64,000 nt of DNA from the human T2T-CHM13v2.0 reference genome, Homo sapiens. Of the stretch, positions 12,096 through 31,090 are shown one piece after another (the first letter of the stretch is position 1; the number at the start of each line of letters is the position of its first letter). The DNA lies in the NCBI RefSeq assembly GCF_009914755.1, contig NC_060931.1. One strand, given 5' to 3'. The translations under genes and the position numbers were made by a program. Below the pieces are notes generated by a model. It did not search any database. It worked only from the letters and a program-made list of their open reading frames with translations, and was not told the DNA's origin.

Positions 12096-12930
12096 TGTTG
12101 AGGCTGCAGAAAATCAAGACCTGTCTTGATATCCTACAGGCTGGGGTGGAAATTGGCATCCCATGCTGGAATGAACTTAATAGTGTCTAGTCTAATTGAA
12201 ATCTGTATGCACATAACTCAACAAATCTACTTCTATGTATATGCCCTAGAAAAACTCCTTTGTTTGCCCAAGAGGCTCAAAGCTGTTCATTAAATCACTA
12301 TTTTTATCGCAGAAATTTTTTAAAAGAAAAATATTTTTTGTGTTGGTAATGGATACGTAAATGTTGTAAGTTAATATGGCAGAATACTATATATAGCGAT
12401 TAAAAATATGATTAAAGTATTTAGCAGCTAGTCATTGAGCAGTTACTATATGTCAGATAGTGTCTGTCAATAAACCTTTTCTTATTTAATTAAAAGAAAA
12501 GAATCAGTGATTTTAAAGACAGCCAAATAGAAACTTCCTAAGCTGAAATGCAAAGAGAAAAAAAGTAAAAAAAAAAAACCAGAATATTCAAGAATTGTAG
12601 GACAATTTCTACAGATATAAGATATGCATAATTGAAATACCAGAAGGAAAGATAAAAGAAAATGGATCAGAAGAAAATTTAAAGTAACAATAGCTGAGAA
12701 TTTCCAAAATTAATGACAGGGACCAAACCACTGATCTAGGAAACTCAGAGAACAATGAGCAAGGTAAATATCATCCCATATTCAAACTTTAGAAAATCAA
12801 AGACAAAGAGGAAAATCTTGAAATAAAATTCGGGGTGGCACAGAACGTTTTACTTATAGAGGAATACAAGTAAGAATTTCAGAAGACTTTTTAGAAGCTA
12901 TGAAAGAAAAAAGACAAAGTGAAATATTTA

Positions 12931-13240
<310 letters not shown>

Positions 13241-13541
13241 TAAAATGTTGAAAAGAAAAAAAATACCAACCTATAGGATTTTAGGTTGGCGAAATTATCC
13301 TTCAAAAAGGACAGATAAATTAAGACTTTCTCAGACAAACCAGAACTGAGATAATTCACGGCAAGCAGACCTGCCCTGCAAGAAGTGTTCAAAGAGGTTC
13401 TTTAGGCAGTGAGATAATGGTACAGGCCAGAAACTAGAATCTGCCTAAGAAAGAAAGTTCATCATAGAAGGAATAAGTGAGGGTAAAACAAAATACTTCA
13501 TTTTTCTCATTCTTAATTGATCTGAAAAATAACTGTTTGTT

Positions 13542-13816
13542 ACCGCATGTTCTCATTCATAAGTGGGAGTGGAACAATGAGAACACATGGCCACAGGGAG
13601 GGGAACATCACACACCGGGGCCTGTTTGGGGGTGGGGGGCAAGGGGAGGCAGAGCATTAGAACAAATACCTAATGCATGCGGGGCTAAAAACCTAGATGA
13701 CAGGTTGATAGGTGCAGCAAACCACCATGGCACACATATACCTATATAACAAACCTGCACATTCTGCACATGTATCCCAGAACTCAAAGTAAAATAAAAT
13801 AAATAAATAAATAAAT
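13542..13816 (+). mobile_element. 5'-truncated L1PA (PA7-PA10-type) 3' end
   Basis: L1 3' UTR with taatgcatgcggggct…acctagatgacaggttgatagg, (AAAT)n tail, TSD aataact(g/a)tttgtt. Confidence 0.9.
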
Positions 13817-14938
13817 AATAACTATTTGTTTAATCATAGTAACAATGTACTGGATTCTTATAGTATATGGAAAAAATGAAATGTGTGACAACAATGTTAT
13901 AAGGAACAGGAGGGAGGAATTGGAAGAATTCTGTTACAAGACACCTGTGCCTGAATCAGTATGGTGTTATTTGAAGGGGGACTTAGGTTAGTTAAAAATG
14001 TGTATTATACACTTTTGGGCAACAACAACAAAAAATTTCAGTGTACTTGATATGCTGGTAGAGGAGATAAAATAGAGTCATAGAAAATGTGCAATTAAAA
14101 CCAGAGAAAGCAGAAAAAGAGGAGAGGTTTTAAAAACCACAATAAATAGAAAACAGTAACAAACATGGCAGATATTAATCCAACTATACTGTACCAATAA
14201 TCACTTGATTGAGAATGATTTTAATACACCAATTAAAAGACTGAGATTGTCAGAGTGGATTGAAAACAAACCTAACTCTGTATTGCTTACAAAAAAAACC
14301 CCACACATTAAATATAATCAGAAATGTGAAAAGCAAAAGGCAAGAGGAAAAATAAACCATGCTTACTCTAAGCAAAATGAATTTCAAGTGGCTATATTAG
14401 TTTCAGACAAATCAGACTTCAGACAAGAAATTTTTCATGGGTAAAGAACGGTGTTACATGATGATAAAGAGGTCAGTTCTCCAAGAAGACATAAAAATCC
14501 TAAACATCTATCCACTGAAAAACAAGGCATCAAAATCCATAAATTACAACTGATGGAAATGAAAGGAGAAATGGACAACTCTACCTATACAGTTGTGGAC
14601 TTTAACACCCCTCATTCAGTAATTAGTAGGTCAGGCAGGCAGAATGCTGGTAAAGACACAATTTACTGGCAAAGAACTATCCATCATCTTGATCTAACTG
14701 ACATTCTAGACTACTCCATCCAACAACAGAAAACACATTATTTTTAAGTTATGGAACATTTACCATGATTAACCACATAATGGATCATAAAACACAATTT
14801 AGGTAATTGAAAAGAACAGAAATCATACAAAGGATATTTCCAGGCAACAATGAATTAAGCTAGAAAGATAGCTGCAAAACACTCACATATTTGGATATAA
14901 AACAGCATACTTTTAAATAACACAAGGGTCAAAAGAAC

Positions 14939-15526
14939 TCAAGGGAAATTAAAAATATTTTGAACTAGTTGCAAATGAAAATATAATTTATCAAAATGTT
15001 TGGGAAACAGCAAAGTAATGCTTAGAGGGAAATTTATGGCACTAAATTTGTATGTTAGAAAATAAGAAAACCGGGAGGTGGTTCCAAGATGGCTCCAGGA
15101 GGAACAGGTCCATCTACAGCTCCCAGAGTGAGCGACGCAGAAGACGGGTGATTTCTGCATTTCCACCTGAGGTACTGGGTTCATCTCACTGGGGCTCATT
15201 GGACAGTGAGGGCAGGACAGTGGGTGCAGCCCACCAAGTGTAAGCCAAAGCAGGGCGAGGCATTGCCTCACCCAGGAAGCCCAAGGGGTCAGGGAATTCC
15301 CTTTCCTAGCCAAGGGAAGGGGTGACAGATGGCACCTAGAAAATCGGGTCACTCCCACCCTAATACTGCGCTTTTCCAACAGTCTTAGCAAATGGCACAC
15401 CAGGAGATTATATCCCACACCTGGCTCGGAGGGTCCCACGCTCACGGAGCCTCGCTCATTGCTAGCACAGCAGTCTGAAATCAAACTGCAAGGCGGCAGC
15501 GAGGCTGGGGGAGGGGCACCCACCAT
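14939..15526 (-). CDS. ORF0: L1 antisense ORF0, open and C-terminally extended (195 aa)
   Basis: MVGAPPPASLPPCSLISDCCASNERGSVSVGPSEPGVG…RVGVTRFSRC matches known ORF0. No stop until 14939, which is outside the L1. Translation unproven. Confidence 0.55.
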   Translation of the reverse strand: MVGAPPPASLPPCSLISDCCASNERGSVSVGPSEPGVGYNLLVCHLLRLLEKRSIRVGVTRFSRCHLSPLPLARKGNSLTPWASWVRQCLALLWLTLGGLHPLSCPHCPMSPSEMNPVPQVEMQKSPVFCVAHSGSCRWTCSSWSHLGTTSRFSYFLTYKFSAINFPLSITLLFPKHFDKLYFHLQLVQNIFNFP

Positions 15527-16090
15527 TGCTGAGGCTTGAGTAGGTAAACAAAGTGGCCAGGAAGCTCGAAGTGGGTAGAGCCCACCACAGCTCAAGGAGG
15601 CCTGCTTCCTCTGTAGATTCCACCTCTGGAGGCAGGGCACAGCCAAACAAAAGGCAGCAGAAACCTCTGCAGACTTAAATGTCCCCGTCTGACAGCTTTG
15701 AAGAGAGTAGTGTTCTCCCAGCATGGAGTTTGAGATCTGAGAACAGACAGACTGCCTCTTCAAGTTGGTCCCTGACCCCTGAGTAGCCTAACTGGGAGGC
15801 ACCCCCCAGTAGGGGCAGACTGACACCTCACACAGCAGGGTTCCCCTCTGAGATGAAGCTTCCAGAGGAACAATCAGGCAGTAACATTTGCTGTTCAGCA
15901 ATATTCACTGTTCTGCTGCTGATACCCAGGCAAACAGGGTTTGGAGTGGACCTCCAGCAAACTCCAACACACCTGCAGCTGAGGGTCCTGACTGTTAGAA
16001 GGAAAACTAACAAACAGAAAGGACATCCACACCACAACCCCATCTGTATGTCACCATCATCAAAGACCAAAGGTAGATAAAACCACAAAG

Positions 16091-17107
16091 ATGGGGAAAA
16101 AACAGAGCAGAAAAGGTGAAAATTCTGAAAATCAGAGCACCTCTCCCACTCCAAAGGAACACAGCTCCTTGCCAGCAACAGAACAAAGCTGGATGGAGAA
16201 TGACTTTGATGAGTTGAGAGAAGCAGGCTTCAGATGATCAAACTTCTCCGAGCTAAAGGAGGAAGTTCGAATCCAACACAAAGAAGCTTAACACCTTGAA
16301 AAAAGATTAGACGAATGGCTAACTAGAATAACCAGTGTAGAGAAGTCCTTAAATGACCTGATGGAGCTGAAAACTATGGCATGAGAACTATGTGATGAAT
16401 GCACAAGCTTCAGTAGCCAATTCGATCAACTGGAAGAAAGGGGATCAGTGAATGAAGATCAAATGAATGAAATGAAGCAAGAAGAGAAGTTTAGAGAATA
16501 AAGAATAAAAAGAAATGAACAAAGCCTCCAAGAAATATGGGACTATGTGAAAAGACCAAATCTACGTCTGATTGGTGTACCTGAAAGTGACGGGGAGAAT
16601 GGAACCAAGTTGGAAAACACTCTTCAGGATATTACCCAGGAGAACTTCCCCAATCTAGCAAGGCAGGCCAACATTCAAATTCAGGAAATACAGAGAACGC
16701 CACAAAGATACTCCTCAAGAAGAGCAACTCCAAGACACATAATTGTCAGATTCACCAAAGTTGAAATGAAGGAAAAAATGTTAAGTGCAGCCAGAGAGAA
16801 AGGTCAGGTTACCCACAAAGGGAAACCCATCAGTCTAACAGCGGATCTCTCAGCAGAAACTCTACAAGCCAGAAGAGAGTGGGGGCCAGTATTCAACATT
16901 CTTAAAGAAAAGAATTTTCAACCCAGAATTTCATATCCAGCCAAACTAAGCTTCATAAGTGAAGGAGAAATAAAATCCTTTACAGACAAGCAAATGCTGA
17001 GAGATTTTGTCACCACCAGGCCTGCCCTACAAGAGTTCCTGAAGGAAGCACTAAACATGGAAAGGAAAAACTGGTACCAGCCACTGCAAAAACATGCCAA
17101 ATTGTAA
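16091..17107 (+). pseudogene. ORF1: L1 ORF1p pseudogene
   Basis: MGKKQSRK…QKHAKL, full 338-codon length without frameshift, but in-frame stops at 16235, 16382 and 16499. Confidence 0.95.
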
Positions 17108-17170
17108 AGACCATCGATGCTAGGAAGAAACTGCATCAACTAACGAGCAAAATAACCAGCTAACATCATA

Positions 17171-20975
<3,805 letters not shown>

Positions 20976-21230
20976 CAATGAGAACACTTGGACACAGGAA
21001 GAGGAACATCATACACTGGGGCCTGTTGTGGGGTTGGGGGAGGGGGGAGGGAAAGCATTAGGAGATATACCTAATGTAAATGACGAGTTAATGGGTACAG
21101 CACACCCACATGGCACATGTATACATATCTAACAAACCTGCACATTGTGCACATGTACCCTAGAACTTAAAGTATAATAAAAAATAAATAAATAAAAAAG
21201 AAAAGGAAAAAAAAGAAAATAAGAAAATCC

Positions 21231-21573
<343 letters not shown>

Positions 21574-23639
21574 CTAAAGAAAGAACAATGTAAGTCTAAA
21601 GCAAGTAGAAGAAAACAATAACATTTAGAGCAGATGTAATTCAAATTAAAAACAGAAAAACAATTGAGAAAATAAATGAAACCCAAAGCTGGTTCTTTGA
21701 AAAGATCATTAAAATTTATAAAATCCCAGCCAGCCTAACCAAAAGAGAGGAAGAGGGAGAACACAAATTATCAGTATCAGAAATCCATGAGAGGTCATCA
21801 TTATTGATCTCATGAGTATTAAAAGAATAATAAAGGAATATTATAAATAACCCTATTTGTTACTTGATAACATAGATGAAATGGGCCAATTCCTTGAAAG
21901 ATACAAACTACCAAAATTTTACAATATTCATTTAAATAGGCTCATATCTATTTAAGAAATTGACTTAATAATTAATAACCTTCCAAAAGAAAGCAAAGCA
22001 AAGCAGGTCCAGATAATTTCAGGAGTAAGTATTATCAAACATTTAGAGAAAATAATCCTACCAATTCTCTACAATCACACCTAGAAAGTGGAAGTAGAAA
22101 AATTACTTCCTGACTTATTACCTGATGCTAGCATTACCCTAATGCCAAAACCAGGTTAAGACATCTTAAGGAAGGGAATCTATAGACCCATATGTTTCAT
22201 GTACATAGATGCAAATATATTTTAAACTATTACCTTCAAAATATTAGTGAATTGAATCCAATAATGTACAAAAACAATTACATCCCACAACCAAGTGCGA
22301 TTTTTTTTTTTAGGTGTGGAATGCTACTTAACATTTGAAAATCAGTCAGCGTGATCCACCACATTATCAGGTCATAGATAAAAAATGATATGATCCTATC
22401 AATTGATACAGAAAAAGCACTGGACAAAATCAACTCCCAGTCATGATAAAAACTCTCATCAAGGAATAGAAGGGAACTTTCTCAACTTGATTTAAAAATA
22501 TTTTTACAAAAAACACCCTAAAGCTAGTATTATATGTAACAGTGGGAAAGTAGACAATTTCCCCCTGGAATCAGGAGCAAGGCAAGGGTGTCCACTGTTC
22601 CCACTTCTATTTAACATCTTACTTACTAAGTCCTAGTTTACACAAATTAGATGAGAAAAGGAAATAAAAGTTCATAAATAAATAAAAAGTTATCAAAAAC
22701 AAAAACGTCTAAGAACTGTCACAGCCTATGGAAACAAGATAACTAAATGTAATGTGGTATTCTGGATAATACCCTGGAATAGAACAACTATGGAAATCTG
22801 AATAAAGTATGGGCTCTAGTTAATAATGCAACAATATTGGTTTATTAATTGTAAGAGATGGGCCATACTAAGGTGTCCATAACGAAGAAGACCAAGTGTG
22901 GGATACATGTGAGCTCTCTGTACTATCTTCACATCTTTTCTGTAAAACTGTTCTAAAACATAAAGTTTATTTTCAAAATGCTAGAGGCAAAGGTCAGAAA
23001 GTTTTGAATACAAGGCGTCCATTCCCCACTGGCTCACACAACATTTCCCTGGTGGGGAAGCCGAGGTTCAGCACTGGGAAGGAAGACCTAGAATACAGGT
23101 CTCCTAAATCCCAATCTAGTTCTTTTCCCAGATGTTTGCCTATCCCTTTTGACTTTGTTTTACTCTTCTCCTATTCACACTCCTGTTTCTTACTGCTTTG
23201 TTTGTATTTACGTGTATTTGTCAGGAGACTTCTCCAACTCACACAGAAGCAGTTGTTTGCACCATGTCCAGACCAGGTCTCAAAATGTCTTTGCCCGCTA
23301 ACAGCAGCCAGGCCCCCTGGGAGGAATAACCAAGGCTGGGTCTGAATGCGTTTTCCCTCTAGGTAGCAGGAGCACTATCACAGCTACTGGGGCTATGGCA
23401 GAAGAAGTCAACTGGCCAAGGATGGGACAATTTGAGAATCTGATAAGTAATAACTGCAAAAATAGAGCAAATATACAAAAACCCATGCATTCATTATCAA
23501 ACACACATACTTGCACACTCCACTGTTACCCCACAGAGCTGGAGAAAGTAAAGAAACACAAGCTCATGATCTCGAAAACTGGTTGAAAAATAACAGTAAT
23601 CACACTTTAATCTTGCTTTCTTAAGAACTGTACCTCAAT

Positions 23640-24500
23640 TGAAAAATTCAAACCAAGATGTACAAAAAGAAGAATATAATTTTAAATATAACTGCCTTGC
23701 AATTCCTACTGATGTAGATAGGACAATAGTTGCTAGCGGCTGTTAAATCTTTTAGGCAAACAGCTGATGGGGAATTTTATAATGAGCAGATCAGATTGAC
23801 CTCATCTGTACCACTGATCCAATTTAACATTAGCAAACAATTCCATTCCTCCCTGTGTGGTACAAAAGGGAGAGCATAATGACACCTATTCCCAAGAATT
23901 CTTACCAACTGAGCATGCTAACCTGACCAGGCCTCTCGGTAGAACTAACAGGTTACAGGAAACAGACAGGAGACAGCAGCATATCAAACTTCACCACGGA
24001 AATAAAATTAGCAAGATTCTGTATTCAGGAAAGACTGCTGTAGGACAAATAATCTGGTTTTTTCAATGAATAAGTAACAAGGGGGAGAAAAAGGAAGGAC
24101 AAAATTAGAAAGATGTAAGAAATATACCCATCAGCTGCAAGGGATAGACCTGACAAGCCAACAAGAACATTGATGAGATATCGAGAAATATTTCAACACT
24201 GACTGAACATTTGTTAACTTAGGTAATTGTCAGTTAGCCTAGGTGTAATAAAGCATTTCTTATTGCACTTTAAGAGGAGCCTGTATTGGTTAGAGATACT
24301 ATTGAGAATGGATAAAATGATCTGCAGGCTGGGGTTTGCTTCACAATAATGCTGTGAGTGCGTGGGGGTGGGGTAGACACTAGGCAAGATCGGTCATGTG
24401 GATTATTGCTTCATTAGGTGAGAGCTACAAGAGGGGCTTGGCATACTCTTTCTTCTACTTTTATGTATGTTTGTAATTTTCCATCATAAAACATTCAAAT
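23640..24500 (+). mobile_element. L1MC/L1ME 3' region remnant
   Basis: Diverged L1M 3' UTR-type text ending ttctacttttatgtatgtttgtaattttccatcataaaa. Confidence 0.55.
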
Positions 24501-25459
24501 CCTATCAGTTGCCCCCTCCTTTGTGCCCCACGTCTGCCATAGCACATTGTTCCTCCCTCAACTATAATGATTGCTTACTGCTTACCAAATCTAGTCTTCA
24601 GGGAGTGCCCACGGGCATGATTTTCTGTGCCTGTCCAGGTCTAAGCACAATGACCAGCACACCATAGGCATTTATGCAGCAAATGAACATACGGTTACTA
24701 TACACCAGATTCCCGCCTAACCACCTCTCAATTTCAAACCACGGAAATTAGAATTAGATCTTATTTTTCCATATCTACAGTATCTTAAAATTGTGTGGCT
24801 AATTCTATCCACATCCTGAAGGAGGTGAGGGCATTTTAAATGAATCTTGAATGTACAGATAAAACACAATTGTAAAAAGAATAGCTGTATCCATTTGAAA
24901 CTAAACAAATAGTAAATACAATCTGGTTTCACAATCCAATTTCTTGCACAGTATAAAATAAAGCAATATGTTTATTATGGATTTAGGGCTGTCACAAGAG
25001 AGTCATAGGGCAGACAATATATGCTTACAGGGAGACTGCAGTTCCAGGGTAAACTACAGCTGGAGGAAAGAGCCTTTGGGTGTCTAACTGTGGAAAGAAA
25101 CAAGGACATTAGAATTTCTAGCCATCACAGGGAAAAGAACAGTGAGAAGAGGAAAGGATATTGACTGAGAGAAAATTTGTTACATTCTCTTTCTCCATAA
25201 AAATTTCATCCGTGGTTGTGGGTGACAGCCTGCCTGATGAAGTAGGAAAATGGTCCATGAGAAGTTCACCATCAGGAAGTGGCACCTGAGGCCAGGGTTT
25301 TGTTGTTGTTGTTTGCTTGTCTGTTAACTTCCTTCCTGTGGGTTCAAAGAATAGGACCCATATACCAGTGCCTCTACCCATGAAGGGAACCAAATCTGAT
25401 TAATTTGTTGGAATTCTACAACACTTTCAAAGCTTGAGAAGTACCTGTACTGACCATTT

Positions 25460-26030
25460 AAACACACTTTTAAAACATTTTACTGAACAGTTAGTATATG
25501 CACATGATAAAATGCAAAAACATAGATGGATATACAGTCAACAACCAATCTCCTTCCCCTAGAGATGACCTATGAGCAGTCACTTGTGTATTCTTCCAGA
25601 AATATTTAATGCATACATGTGTTTAATGCATGAATACATATATATGTATTCATATATTATATATATATATATATCCCTATTTTTACGCATGTTTTTACAT
25701 TATCCACTGTTCTGTGCCTTGTGTTATTTTTAACTTATTTGGAGACCATTCCATATCAGCACATACATATCTTTCTATTCCTTTCAATGGTTCATAGTCT
25801 TTGGATGGTCTTTAAATTATTACACTTTAGGCTAGCTATGCAGTTCTAGGCTTTCTCCAGTGTTTTGTGGCATGGTGGCGCAATGTGGTTATCATTCTTG
25901 TAATGATGTCTTTACAAATACATATATGTGTATAGCTGAAGGAAAATTTTCTAAAAGTGAAACTGTTTTTGTAAAAACTATAGGCATGTTTAACCTGGAT
26001 CAACATAGTCTAATTGCTACCCAATGATCC
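25460..26030 (-). mobile_element. L1ME remnant
   Basis: Antisense L1ME motifs (ggagaccattccatatcagcacat; ttctaaaagtgaaactg). Confidence 0.5.
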
Positions 26031-26325
26031 TGTAATAATTTATTATCAACACAGTCTTCAGATTGTTACCTGTGAGCAGAGTGAATGTTGAGGAGGTCAA
26101 AAAACAGCAGCACACCCTACAGGCTGACTCAATGCATGACATATGTGTTGAAGGGTACCTTCTATTAATTAAACTACTTAAATTGATTTTGCTGTGAGAG
26201 TGCGTATCTAATGTTTCAGCTATTCTCATGAATGCTAGCAAAGAGATTACTATGTTATTCAGAGATCAACATCTCATAAAATATTCAAAAATAAAATGAA
26301 GATTAAGATAGAAATAAGACAAATA

Positions 26326-27800
<1,475 letters not shown>

Positions 27801-28249
27801 TGACATATAAAAGAAGATTAGCATGTGGCAAGTAGATTTCCTTCTATTTTGTGAGGATAATTTGGCAAAATGTTTTCCCTAACTTTAATCCTTATGACAA
27901 ATATGAAATGGAAAGCTATTTTATAGAGGAAACTATGTAAGTATCCATCCTATAAGTATCCATCCTATGCCAAGTAATCAGGGCATAATCTGAAATGCAA
28001 GTGTTTTTCTCTTTGACTATCAGACTATAAATGCCTGCTGTGCAAAAGTTGAACATAGTGTCTGTGCCCAAAGTGTCTACTCCGAGTCTTTGGAGTAGTC
28101 TGGGCATGTCAACTGTGGCATTGTGAGAATGACACAAACAGCAGCCGACATTTCTCTCGCAGCCATATCACTTTGCAGCTCCAGTGAGCATGGTACAGGT
28201 GTGGAGTCATAACTGGATGCGAGAGAGCAACCATGGTGCCGTTTCAATA

Positions 28250-28780
28250 AATAATTAACTGATTTTTAGCCATTGACGCAGGACCCCCAAGTCAAGCACA
28301 GCAACTGTCAGTGGCCTCTGTGTCTATATGAATGGCCTCCACTCCAGGGGGTAGGTAATAATTAACTAATTTTTAGCCATTGACACAGAACCCCCAAGTC
28401 AAGTACAGCAACTATCAGTGGCCTCTGTGTCTACGAATGGCCTCCACTCCAGGGGGTAGGTAATAATTAACTAATTTTTAGCCATTGACACAGAACCCCC
28501 AAGTCAAGCACAGCAACTGTCAGTGGCCTCTGTGTCTATATGAATGGCCTCCACTCCAGGGGGTAGGTAATAATTAACTAATTTTTAGCCATTGACACAG
28601 AACCCCCAAGTCAAGTACAGCAACTATCAGTGGCCTCTGTGTCTATGAATGGCCTCCAATCCAGGGGGTAGATAATAATTAACTAATTTTTAGCCATTGA
28701 CACAGAACCCCCAAGTCAAGTACAGCAACTGTCAGTGGCCTCTGTGTCTATATGAATGGCCTCCACTTCAGGGGGTAGGT
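28250..28780. repeat. Minisatellite/VNTR, 5 copies of a 105/107-bp unit
   Basis: Units start at 28250, 28357, 28462, 28569 and 28674, with lengths 107, 105, 107, 105, 107; near-identical. Confidence 0.98.
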
Positions 28781-30161
28781 TTAGTCTGGGGCCTGTGTCC
28801 AGCTTCTGAGACTGAAGACCTCATGCCAGAGATTGGGCTAACAAGGACATTCTTCCCCCTTATGATTAGATGGGTCTCCTTTAGAATGCAGGGCAGTGAG
28901 ACAATGTGCTTTGCTCTTGCCTTGCTTTAAACTTCTAGTCTCTCTCACAGCTAAAAATCCGAAGGGTTTTGCTTCACTCCAGAAGTGATAACAGTGTTCA
29001 GCGCCAATGCTGGACAGGTAGGCTATCTGCCTGCACGAGGAATCCTCCTGTCCATCTGCCTCCCCTGTTGGCACATGGAGGGCATGGGCTTATCCTAGAC
29101 ACAAACCCCTGGCAGGTGTGATGGTCGGACCTGGTTTTGGTATCTCTCCTCTGGAGGTGTCCTTGTTCATCTCTTCCCTCTTAAGTGAGATGACCTAAAA
29201 GGTATAAAATAATTTTTATTGACTTTTTGGGATCACACTTAAAGCATAAATGCAAATATGCATGGAAACTTAGCTGTAATTATGCCTACATAGCTAAGGT
29301 ATTTATAATAGAAATAAGTAGGAATACTTAAATGCCCATGAAAAAGGACAGTTTAAAACTGTGAGATAATCAAAATGGATTCATAAAACCATTTAAAGTT
29401 ATCTTCTAAAGGAATACTTGATAACCTGGGAAACTTTAGCATCCCCTGATGGTGTACAAACCGCATCAACCTCTTCCACGTCCCAGGTATTTAACCATGA
29501 TGCTAGTGTTTTTCTAGTGCTTTTTTCAATGTTCTCCATTACAGCTCCCTCTTGGCAGACTCCAAAATCTCACTCAAGTTTTGGAGGCTTCCTAAATGTT
29601 CCTAGAAGATTTAGGCCATGCTGTCTCTGTGCACCCAAATCTCCTTTACAGGAAGCATCCTCCTAGCACTGACCACCTTGAGCCATGTTTATGTTCAAGC
29701 ATCTGTATTCTTCACACACTGTGGACTTCTCAAGGATGGAGGCAAGCAACTGGAAGCATCTTTGCACCCTATAGGTGATCAGTGTTGGAGACAGAGAGGA
29801 AAAGAGACAGAAGACAGAGAATAGAGATGGAAGGCAGCAGCAAGGGAGTGTCCCTAAGGATCAGAAGAAATAAAATGGAACGGTTTTCACAGCCTTTAAG
29901 TATTTGAGTGAAACTGAGCTGTAACAAACACATATTATAAAAATACATGACATAATTGCCTCCTTCCTGAACCATATCCTACACACACTGAAATTCATGC
30001 CCCTATAAGGCAGAGGATAGGTTAGCTATGAAACCTGGAACTGGAGTCAGCTCCAACATCCCAGCCAGACAACAGGTCATCTTCCCCACCCTACCCCAGG
30101 GTAGGCCTTCCCTGAAGCCAGCTTCCCATTCTACACAGAGATGGCCAGTCAGAAATAATAG

Positions 30162-30508
30162 GGTATATTCATTTGCTAGGGCTTCCATAACAAAGGACCA
30201 CAATTTATTGTCTCACAGTTCTGGAGGCTACAAGTCTGAAATTGAGGCAGGGCCACCGTCCCTCTTAAGATGCCAGCAAAGGATTCATTCCTGCCCTCTC
30301 TCCTTGTTCTGCATATGGTCATATTCTGCCTGTCTCTTCACATCTTCTTCCTCTTTTTAGAAGGATGCAGTCTTATTGGAATAGGGCACATCCAAATAAC
30401 CTCATCTTAACTCGATCATCTGCAAAGATCCTGTTTACAAATAAAGTCCCATTCCCAGGTACTGTGGATTAGGTCCCTTTGCAGGGAACACAATTCAGCC
30501 ATAACATA
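30162..30508 (-). mobile_element. MLT1B/C-type MaLR LTR
   Basis: tttattgtctcacagttctggaggctacaagtc…ttcagccataaca. Confidence 0.75.
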
Positions 30509-31090
30509 TAGTGAATGCCTGGAAGAAATAACTTTTAAAAAGTCATATGGGCCAAAGAATTGAAAGTAGGCATCACAAAATTAAACATCAAAAAAGGAAA
30601 CTTGAAAAGTTTAACCTAAACTGTGCAATTGTCAGAATCACAAGCCCCTGACACATTCTGCAATGTATCAGAAAATCCAGAAACCAATACTTTTGACTCT
30701 GTCTCTGAAAGTCCCTTCCTCTTCAACACCTTTCACTCATCCTGCTGGCAGGTGATATGTTCCACTGGTTTGTGCTGCAAAAAGTCTAAGAAGGAAGCTG
30801 CATGATGTATTGGTATGGGAGCATCTCTGTACCAGGCTTAGTCACGCCATTTTAATCCATTCTCAACTTTGCAAAATAAGAGTCATTCTATTCATTTTAC
30901 CTGGGGTCTGCCAGAGGAAGCAACTTTCCCAGAGCAGCATCCCAGGGAGCCCAGGTGAGAAGCCCAGCTCTGTGTGCCAACTGTGCAAACTTCCAGGTCC
31001 TGGAGGGAAGGATCATGGACAGTCGGGTCTAGTCAGCTGGAACTTTGTGAGGACACAGCCTCAGCCTTTGTCTCAATCTGACTCTCTTGT

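Noticed and set aside
21017-21050. G-quadruplex-forming tract
   Set aside because: Standard G-rich tract of the L1 3' UTR; not specific to this locus.
25630-25653. 24-bp perfect palindrome ATGAATACATATATATGTATTCAT
   Set aside because: It is centred on a (TA)n low-complexity tract in an L1ME remnant, where palindromes are expected.
28250-28780. Regularly spaced repeats resembling a CRISPR array
   Set aside because: The whole unit is repeated with no unique spacers, there are no cas genes, and the context is primate DNA. It is a minisatellite.
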